Positions 1 to 10,600 of a DNA stretch of 64,000 bases are shown piece by piece. The position numbers were made by a program, and so were the translations under genes. Within the stretch, counting starts at the first letter, position 1. Each line of letters starts with the position of its first letter. The stretch comes from Asterias rubens (Eukaryota). The notes beneath the pieces were generated by a model that was not told the DNA's origin, made no database searches, and worked only from the letters and a program-made list of their open reading frames with translations. The stretch lies in the NCBI RefSeq assembly GCF_902459465.1, contig NC_047072.1, positions 16,554,001 to 16,618,000 on the forward strand, written 5' to 3'.

Positions 1-2
1 TG

Positions 3-686
3 TTTTGTCTAAAATATACTTGGAACCAGCTTACTCCATACACAATGAAATTTATTGACTACGGGTTGTTCTTTATGAAACGGCTCCAAATACCCTTTTG
101 CAGATTTTCCACTGAAGGAGGGGAGCACAGCATTTATTTACATAACTGCTTTTATTACCAGCACACCACTAGGCATGGTGGAAAAGGTAAGTATGATCCA
201 ACAATTGCTGTGTTCTCATCCTTGTGGAAGCGCCTTGCTTATGAAATTAATAATAATACAGATAGCGACAATGTTTCAGTGTTTTTCAATTCATATGTTG
301 AAAGACACGTGGCAGCAAGAAAAATACAAATGGCATATCGCCATTATGCTGTCAAAGCAAAGTTAAAGAGAACGGGCTGGGTAGAAAATCCAATGACGAC
401 CCAACAAGTTGAGTCAAACATGACCAGCTTGTCATATTTACAGGCAGAAATGTCTAGCTCTGTTACAGTCCAGGATGGTGATAAATCATTGGCTAGGTAT
501 TCCTTCATTGTGACAGGCAGTGTGCCAAAATTTGGGACATATTGTGTGTACGTGTATAAGGGACTGATGTACAAAACAATGCAAGCATTTCGATACAGAA
601 TATCATGGGAAACGTCTCCCCAGAATTCCCCTAAAACTTATAGAATTCTTATTCCCTCACAGGTTACAAATAATCTTAAACATTAG
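3..686 (+). CDS. 3' part (probably terminal exon) of an unidentified protein with an IQ-like motif
   Basis: The frame is open from base 3 (FCLKYTWNQLTPYT precedes the listed Met at 45) to the TAG ending at 686, 228 codons in AT-rich DNA. It contains HVAARKIQMAYRHY. An AATAAA follows near 829. No family recognised. Confidence 0.6.
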   Translation, partial: FCLKYTWNQLTPYTMKFIDYGLFFMKRLQIPFCRFSTEGGEHSIYLHNCFYYQHTTRHGGKGKYDPTIAVFSSLWKRLAYEINNNTDSDNVSVFFNSYVERHVAARKIQMAYRHYAVKAKLKRTGWVENPMTTQQVESNMTSLSYLQAEMSSSVTVQDGDKSLARYSFIVTGSVPKFGTYCVYVYKGLMYKTMQAFRYRISWETSPQNSPKTYRILIPSQVTNNLKH

Positions 687-1615
687 GAATAATTGCTTCT
701 ACACCATGAAGCCCACTGGGTGCGCACTACTACTACAGCATTATACATGTACTAAAGTGTGCAGGAGGCAGTGAGCATACACAATTTGTTACATAATCAA
801 AGATAATGGAGTACCAAAGTCAGGCAGAATAAACAGCCATCCCTCTCTAGTGTCCTACTGGGTCCTACTGGAAAAGCCATGGACACCTGTTACATACAGG
901 CAGTTACCATGGACACTGTAGATTTACTGTGGTGATACTGAGTTTACTTATCTTAATCAGTGTATACCCAGGTCTGTCTAGCGGAATGAAAAGGGGTGTG
1001 AGTGTTTTAATGGAGTGTTCACCTCATATAAATATGTAGGCCCATGAATAAATATTTGATATGAGTCCAAATTATTTGTTTATGCAAGCAAAACTTCCCC
1101 AGAGTTGAGAGAATTCTTACTGGCATAATTTCGTAGCTTGGTTGACCTTTTAGTAAACACTTGATGATTGGACAAGTTCATATCGTCTGTATTTACACGT
1201 TCGTATGGTATTCATATTTACCATAAGTTATGATCATAAAAAGATCTGCTGATAACATTATTCGTTGCCATGGTGTCAAGCTAGCTAGTACTTGAATTAT
1301 TTTATCTGTTTTCATCGCACACACCCATACCAGTCAAAGTCAATAAATACAAAATTTCAGAGGTGAAATTCGAGAACCATTTGACCAGTGCTTTATGAAC
1401 GAAATCGACACCAGGCCTTTTATTGCATGGAGACACACGTATTGCTGCAGGCTGCGTTCACATTGCATACTAAACTACACACTGCCATATCAAACATACA
1501 GTACGGTCATGTCAACCCAACACACCAAGTAAATAAACTGTCCAGTCAACTCAACAGCTAAACTAAAGGACTAATATTCGATGAATTAATTTTTTGAGAA
1601 ATCGAAGGATTCAAG

Positions 1616-4600
1616 ATGACGAATTTGACGCAGGTGGAGCTTACCGAGAAGGAAAAGTTGGACGAGAAACAAGGCGGTGTTTTCGTGAGTTTCTCGGCCG
1701 TGATATTCACTGGTTTGACGGTAGTGATTGTCATTGTAGCGACAGGGCTTCTCGTTGGATTTTTACCGGAAAAACATTGTGACGAGATAAGGTATATAAT
1801 TATTTCGATTTGTTCTGAGTTGCTGCTGTTTTTGTTTTGTTTTAACAATAATTGTTTAAAAACTTTAACAATATGTTGTGGTCACGTCATTATTCTGGAA
1901 ATCGTTGTATAAATCTTACGTTCACAAACATGTACATACAAAAAATGATAAATATGTCATCAAATCACAGCACAAGAATAAGTATATAGATAAACATTGT
2001 TTAAATATAAGAACATTTTTAAAGGGTGGGAATTGAACCACCGTGAAGTTATGTCATGTGAATGTTCACTATCGGTCTTAGTAATTCACTGACTCCAAAA
2101 TAAATGTAAGTTAAAAACAAAGTTGTTTTAAAAGGCCTAAGGCACAAAGTTGAACATAAAACAAATAATAATGAGACACAGATCCTGGCCAAGGGAGATA
2201 TTCCATAGCACGGGCTGTAGCTTAACTCATCAAAAGGCGGTACCTGAAGAGATCTAAGTAAACAATATAATTATATAGTCTTTTTGACATGGTATGATAA
2301 ATGCAAACAGCAAACTGCACCAAACATGGGACTCAACTGCATGTATTAAGTATCCTTATAATTAATCGTAATGGATGATACAGCTTTCCAATACCAGCAG
2401 AAATAACCCAATTACCAATCCATAATTAAAAACTATGTTTGGTTTAATAAGTATTTTAATATTGGACTCATAACGTAGCAAACGATGTCTATAAGCTGAA
2501 AGTGAACTATGCCATTTTAAGGCGCAAGATTTTGTGACAATTGTTTTTAAAACATGATGTTTATATCTTGTGTGCATTTATGTGCATTTATGTTTTTGTT
2601 GTTGTATTTAATCTTTTTAGTGCCTTTCTCATGTAGCTTTCGAGCTTTTTGTAATTGCTTTTATGGTTTTATTGTTGTATGTAAAATGTTGTTCTTTATG
2701 TACCAGTTTTACTTGTAATACGTTCTTTTTGGACTGCCTGATCACCAGTGTTGAATCAAGGTTTTTAATGTGCTTTTGGGTTGTTCTTGCAATTAATTTT
2801 AAAATAATTACATATTTATATATATATATATATATTTTTTTAAACGAACTATTTTTACTTGTAAATGTACTTTTTCGGCCTGCTTGGCCGCCAGTGCAGT
2901 TAATAAATAAACCATAATATATATATTTTAAACCATCTTGTCATGTTTTGAATAAAACAATCGCTCCTTAAATTAGCACTTCTTTCTTTTGTCGATCAAG
3001 CACAATCAATTATTATTTTTTATCAAAACGTGTTTAGAACTAAATGGAGAAAGACCCATTTTGACAAACAGTTATGACAATTTACGTAATCAGTATCGAT
3101 GACAAAATAACTGTTAATTAGAAAACAAAATGTAGCACTTTAATGACCAACTGATCATTTTTTAAATATTTGCACGAACTTTTGTTGAAAAACTACTTTC
3201 TCGGATGCAATGAAGAAAAAATACTTAAACCAAGGTTTATAAACATGAGTCAGTGCTGTAGTGTGACAAAACCCACGACCAATCAGTCCAAAATAAGGAT
3301 GTAACCATCAAATAACAATTCAATTTTCATTCCCACAACCAATTCATCAGCTCAACAGTCTTCCCAACGGAACCAACCACCACCAAAGATCCAAACACCA
3401 TTTGGGACTCCCCAAGACTTCCTGAGACACTTCGACCTCTCCACTATAACTTAAAGATGACACCCGACCTGGAAAACTTCACATTCGACGGTCAGATATC
3501 TGTGACATTCCTCTGCGAAAAAGCAACTGATTTACTTGTCCTTAACAGCAACAACTTAGAGATTCAGAAAGAGACTGCGAGTATTAATGGATTTGTTGGT
3601 GGCCGAAGTGGGATAGCAAACATCCTACGTCTTACCGTGGACCCAACGAACCAATACCTGAACGTCCTGTTTGATGAGAACCTTGTGGAGAACACACAGT
3701 ATGAATTCTCCATCGGTTTTCGAGGGGTTTTAAATGACAACATCAAGGGATTTTATAGAAGTTCCTACAAACATCCTGATGGTGGCACAAGGTAAAAACA
3801 TTTAATCACAATATCTAATCATTTATAATAGAACCACCACTAATCGTGGGTAACTTAACTATTCATACATTCAGCTCCCCTGAGTTATTTTCACTAACAA
3901 TAATTGTTCTTATTGTAGCCCTATACCAAGAGTGGCTTTTAGCCTTGTTTGGAGTGACTTTTAGCCTTGTTTGGAGTGCCTTTGCATACAAAAACAAAAT
4001 TGTCAAAGACAAAGCCAACCTGTTTCCAGTCATCAAAATTGGATGTGATTTCATGAGAGGTAAACATAATCTAACCTGTCGTTTAAATACATGCTGTAAC
4101 AGCCCCTCAAATAACACTATGCTGCAATGAAGTGTAATACTCACTGGTTAATATAACCTTAACACTGAGTTAGTCTTTGCTCCAGCCAATTAACCTGCGT
4201 GCCCTTGGAGTTAACTTTAGTGTCAAAGGTCAACAAGTTCACATGAAGCTCAGCGGTGATCTTAGATTGCGTTTAGACTGCTTAGGGAATCACTAACATG
4301 TTTTTTCTTAACACCGCAGGTGGTTGGCTGTGACGTTTTTCTCTCCTACTAATGCACGAATGGCATTCCCGTGTTTTGATGATCCTGGCCTTAAAGGTAA
4401 GGTTCGTCATGCCGTGATAAGCTCTGTTTTCCCCCGTAGCTGGTTGTGGCTGCTGCCCCCAACCCCAACTCAGAGTCGCCCATGATAAAACAAACAAAAA
4501 CAACATTTAGTTTTGCGCTATTCCAGAGGTTGCAAAGAGCTACAAGTACAAAGCTGTATATGTACTGGTCCTATACCCATGTTTAGATTCAAGCAGTTGG

Positions 4601-7600
4601 CTGGAAATACTGCTTAACAACTCATGCTTAGTGCATTGAGCGGGTCACTAGTCCCATGTGAAATTGATTTGAGGTGGTATCCTATATTCTGGTAATCAGG
4701 ATTTGAGGTGGTATATATATTCTGGTAATCAGGATTTGAGGTCAGCTAGTTATTCTGTGGGCTTGGACTTTAGAAAGATTGCTCCTTGTACATGCTTCCT
4801 GTATGGCCCTTGCTTAGATGTGCCTCTTATGGGTTCCTCCTACATAACATTACTTTAATGTTTCTATATTTTGTGAACATCGTGGAAAATGAATTGAATT
4901 GAACCTAACTAAACATAACACTTTATGCAGTTTCGAATTGAAAACTGTTTAGCAAACATATTGTGTGCTCTTACAGAAACAATGTTGGTTTAGTGTTACG
5001 ATAAAGGGACAAATCATATTAATTTATGAATATAATAATTATGTTTTAAAAGTAACATAAATTATTTTCAACTTTTCCTTTAAGCAAACTTTACACTGAC
5101 CATCGTTCACGCCGAAGAATACACGGCCCTGGGAAATATGCCGGCAGAGAGCGCCATCAACGGCCCATATGGACTAGTTACTACTCACTTCGCTACATCA
5201 CCAAAGATCTCCACATACTTAGTATGTTTTGCTGTGTTGGATTTCCCTTTCATAGAGATGACGTCAAAAAATAACATTACAGTAAGAGAGAGATATTTGT
5301 TTCTGCATTACAGTAAGAATGGAAGATTTTATATTTCATTTGAAACAATTTTCGTCTTTCATAGCCATTTAAAAAAAAACATTTTTTTTGGGGGGCCTCT
5401 TGTCAACAAAATACTTTCACGGAAGATAATATTATTTTGTTAAATATCGAAACTCTGTTCCAACAAGATACAAAGTTGTATTACTATAATACATAAGGTC
5501 GACTTTGTACAACACCCTTAAGAAAGGCTGAAATGATAAAGTTCGCGTTTTCGAGATTTTATTATGTTTTTCCTTGTATATATTACTTACCTTTTCTTGT
5601 AAGTTTAATTTCAAAAGTTCAACTATGTACGAACAAAAATATGATTTAGCATGTCAATCAAGTCATGTGATGAACAGAGTTGCAATTGTTGCTATAGTGG
5701 GGTTTAGCTTTAAAAATTGTATTTGCCATTTTTGATAAAAAGTGTGCGCAGACAGACAAGACAAAAATCCGAAAATCTCTGTGACAGAAATTAAAAAATT
5801 CCTTGTTTTCTGATAATTTATTCTTCTTCTGATAGCTCCGAGGTTGGGCAAGGCCAGATGCGATGGATGCCCTAGAGTTTGGATTAAACATGACAGCAGA
5901 GACTTTAGATTTCTACATTCAGCACATTGGAGTTGGGTTTCCACTGCCGAAGATAGGTCAATATTTACTTGTAAATATCTTGTGATTTGTATCCATACTT
6001 AGCTATCCTTCTAATAACCTTATGTGGTTCAGATTTATAGGCGTTTTTTATGTGGTGTTTTCTAGCGAAAAAGTCCATGATAAAAACACGAAATTTACCG
6101 ATAATGATTTCTTTCATAGTATTTGCATAATTATAAGCCTAGTATAAATCGTCTGTTACTATTCTCTGGTAATGAAACAAGGATGCGTATTATCACTGTA
6201 AAATTTGAGGACAGCAGCCGGGTGTGACGTCATCACAAGAGGTCCACGCCCGGAAAAACTACCCACCCCCAGGAATATCTGACTCGCGAAAGCTCTATTT
6301 TGTGTTTGTTGGTTTTTCAGTAAAAACTGCTGCCGAACGTTTGCTATACGTTTCAACATGTCTGGTTCAACTAATTAAGTCAAATTGTGTTTTATGGAGA
6401 CTTAAAGACAGTGGACACTATTGGTAATTGTCAAAGACTAGTCTTCACAAATGGTTTATCTCAACATATGCATAAAATAACAAACCTGTGAAAATTTTAG
6501 CTCAATCGGTCGTCGAATTTGCGAGATAATAATGAAAGAAAAAACACCCTTGTCACATGAAGTTGTGTGCTTTCTGATGCTTGATTTCAAGACCTCAAAT
6601 TCTAAACCTGAGGTCTCGAAATCAAATTCGTGGAAAATTACTTCTTTCTCGAAAACTACGTCACTTAAGAGGGAGCTGTTTCTCACAATGTTTTATACCA
6701 TCAACCTCTCCCCATTACTTGTAATCAAGAAAGGTTTTATGATGATAATCATTTTGAGTAATTACCAAAAGTGTCCACTGCCTTTAAAACATTGAGATTT
6801 CAGGCATTTAGGATACCATAACTTCTCTTGTTTCAGATGTTGTAGCGGTTCCAAACTTTGAGGCAAATGCAATGGAGAACTGGGGTTTAATCACGTACAG
6901 AGAAACCGCTTTACTTAATAAGGAAGACACTACATCAGAAAGTAGACGCGAGGGTCAAGGCTTCACAATTGCGCATGAGATGGGACACCAGGTTAGTCAG
7001 TTATGAATATTCATCTATTATGTAAATTGATTGACTATCAGTATCAGTTACCATTATCAAGGATTCACCATTCCGCATGAGATGGGACACCAGGTTAGTC
7101 AGTTATGAATATTCATCTATTATGCAAATCGATTGACTAGCAGTATCAGTTCACCATATGGGACACTAGTTTAGTCAGTTATGAATATTCATTTATTATG
7201 CAAATCAATATCACTGTCAAGGTTTCAACTTTGCGCATAAGATAGGACACCAGGTTAATCAGCTATGAATATTCAGGTTTAATATGCAAATAAATTTACT
7301 GCCAGTCTTTATTATTAGTTATTAATAGCATTTGAGAAAGCCTTTTCTGAGGTCGTCAAACCGTGGTGCCATTTAACGAGTTTGGTATAATTCAACTCAT
7401 GCAATCTTTAAAAGTAAAGCATAAAGGGTAGCTTGTAGCGTTGAGAATAAAAACACAAAGACATTGAAGTCGATTATTCAACATAAATTGGAAACAATTA
7501 GAATATAATTGGTTTGCAAATCAATGGTAGAAGCTGTTGAGATGCAAATGGAACCTACAATTGAATAATGAAATTCTTTTTGCTTGAATATCAACCCCTA

Positions 7601-10600
7601 TTCAAAATCTTCTGAATGTATTTTTAATTCATGAGGAATTTGTAGTTATAATAAACTTCCCTCTTACTAAAATGAAACGGACGTTGTAATTGTTAAAGGG
7701 GAGCAATCTTTGAGCTATTACTTCCAATAAACTTTTGCCTTTCTTGTTTTCTCTCGTTTTCTTCGATCTTTCTTCTTCTTTGCGTTTCGTACTCTCTTTC
7801 GATGTATACTCCGAGCAGCAAACTTTTCACTCCAATCCATCTCTTTAGTTGCCCGCATGGTGGCGCTCTTTGAGAATTCCGTGATCAGTTTAGCGCTAGT
7901 TCTTCGTCTTTTCAGATCGTCAGCGTACTGCATTTCTTCGTAGACCTGGAATCTTTTTTTCTTCTTTTGCCCGATTATTTCCAATCGTCGAACTTCTGCA
8001 AGCTGTGCATCAAAATAAAACATGGTTATTTTGTTTTCATTGTAATGTCAATCATGAGCATTGTTCCCTTTGCCCTCGGTTTGATTCCTTCAAATACAAA
8101 GAGTTAGGATAGTCCTTACTCAGTAGTGCTAAGAGATGTTGATAACTTAAGGCTAGTCCTTAGTTAGGACGAGGCGCTTGGAAATAAGACTAGTCTTAAC
8201 TCCTTGTGAAATCCACCCACGTATATGTAACTCATTCCACCTCCCCACTTCGCTCTGTCGTTCATGTAATTCGATCTAGTACCAACGATTTGATATTATG
8301 ATTGTTGCGCGTACGATAAACAAGCTTTTTATGCAGACTGGGTTGTTTAAAGGCAGTGGACACTATTGGTAATTACTCAAAAAAATTCTTAGCATAAAAC
8401 CTTACTTGGTAACGAGTAATGGGGAGAGGTTGATAGTATAAAGCATTTTGAGAAACAGCTCCCTCTGAAGTGGAGTAGTTTTCGAGAAAGAAGTAATTTT
8501 CCACAAATTTGATTTCGAGACCTCTGATTTAGAATTTGAAGTCTCGAAATCAAGCATCTGAAAGCACACAACTTTGTGTGACGAAGGTGTTTTTTCTTTC
8601 ATTATTATCTCGCAACTTCGATGACCGATTGAGCTCAAATTTTCACAGGTTTGTTATTTTATGCATATGTTGAGATACACCAAGTGAGAAGACTGATCTT
8701 TGACAATTACCAATAGTGTCCACTGCCTTTAAAGGAAAGTAAATGATACAATTTTCATCAAATTAAACTTAGTTCATCAAGTTGGACTTTTTGATGACTT
8801 GTGATATGCTCCTCAATCAATACTTACATCTTTCCGTTCCTTTGCTCTCAACATCTTATCATCAGTCTCAGCTCTACCCATAGTACACATGCTACTCAGT
8901 GTGGGAATCGGGGGACAAATCTCACGATTCTGGCTTGGGAAAATATATGAAACTCCCCCAATAGTAATCCTAGGTTCAAAAAGGATCCCTGAAAATTGAC
9001 ATCAAAGAAGAAATGTTTAAAGGATACATTTTGATAATTGGTCATCATATCATGATACAACGACTCAAGGCACTAGAATAAAACTTACACAAGTTGGTAG
9101 TAAATTTTGAATTAAAAAAGGCTGGTGCCTTGTTTGATTTAAAGAGTATTATGTATGTAAAGAAGGTGTGATCAGGACCCAAATTCTTAGAGCTGCTTAG
9201 CAACTGATTTTGTGCCTAATTTCCATTTCACAATGCTGCTGACCATAAGCACGCGAAAAGGCATGCTAACCTTCCGGTGCTTACCGCACGAAAAAAATGA
9301 CGTCACAATGCGAAGCCATGGTAAACGCGCAATATGGCTACCTAATAGTTTGTTTGCTTACCATTCCTGTGATAATACGCTTACACCTTAGCAAATCATA
9401 CACAAATAAAGACATAAATGGATTACCTGCTTCGTGTAGCTCGCCAAGTATTTCTGCTGTATCTCGCTTATTCTTTCTGAACACGTCACGTGATGATTTT
9501 AAAGGTGGCAACTCACGTGACTTTATCTTCTCCAACGTCACAGATTCAGCTGATCGTGTTTGTGACGGTGGACTATCCAAGCATTTGATTACAATTCTAT
9601 CTGTGAAACACATACAAATATGAAATATTTCTTAGTCTACAATTCCAAACCAATCAGGGTAGAAATGTAATTATTAGAAGTAAAATGTTTAGGCACTGGA
9701 CACCTTTGGTAATTGTCAAAGACAAGTATTATCCACTCGGTATATTCCAACATTTGTATTTAATTAATAACATGTGGAAGTTTCGGCTGAATTGGTCGTC
9801 CAAGTTGCAATAGAATAATTTAAATAATAAAGGGCTTCAGGTCTGTTATTATTTTTGAGTGAGAAATGACCTCTTTATCAAAAACTACGTTACTTCAGAG
9901 GGAGTCGTTGCTCACAATGTTTTATACTATCAACAGCTACCCATTGCTCGTTACCAAGTAAGTTTTTATGCTAACAATATTTTTGAGTATTACCAAAATA
10001 GTGTCCAATTTGTCTTTAAATTTTTGTAAAATTCCTTTGATTGTGTTGAGAAATTTTGACAATTTTACCACCAAAACCTTAACACTACAATGTTTTTGTT
10101 CCTGTGGAAATAATTGATTATAAATTTAGAGTTGGGGCAATTTTATACCTGTAGATGATGTTGATGTCTTGCCACCAGTGACACTCATGCTTCTGGTACT
10201 CTCATCTACACGTTCATTATCACTGGTATTACAAGTCTCCTCTCCAGTCTGATCTTTGTCTTGATAATTGTTGTTGTTATTGACTAACGTCTTTGCAATG
10301 GAATGCTGTTCTTTAGCTCTATGTTTCTTGGGTTGAGTCGTTGCGTCATTTAGAGCAGACTGGTCGATTGTTACAGATACATCATTCTTCGAGATTTCAA
10401 TTTTCTCTGACGACACGTGATTGGTTGGAATAGCTGAAAGAGGTTCGAGCACGTGAGTGATTGCGTCATTGAACTGCGATGTTGTGACGTCATCAAATAT
10501 CTTGCTGCCGCAAGCTGGTGCCGCCTTCAAAACAAAACACACAAGTTCTATGTCATTCATTTGTAATATGTGAACTAAATTTATCTATATAAAAAACCAG

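Noticed and set aside
344-574. Minus-strand 76-aa ORF
   Set aside because: Shadow of the longer plus-strand ORF.
1264-1277. RFX X-box-like GTTGCCATGGTGTC upstream of the aminopeptidase
   Set aside because: Only one half-site matches, which is too weak to call.
3937-4745. Short 22-33 bp tandem dimers (3937-3977, 4670-4745; also 39706-39772, 50416-50465)
   Set aside because: Ordinary slippage duplications with no further structure.
6532-6795. Recurrent 60-87 aa ORFs such as [14 protein letters not shown] (also 8402, 22554, 27299, 47257)
   Set aside because: They are chance translations of family A MITE copies, not a gene family.
9297-9623. Plus-strand 108-aa ORF inside intron 6
   Set aside because: Antisense shadow of nested-gene exon 3 plus a repeat; it does not fit the aminopeptidase frame.
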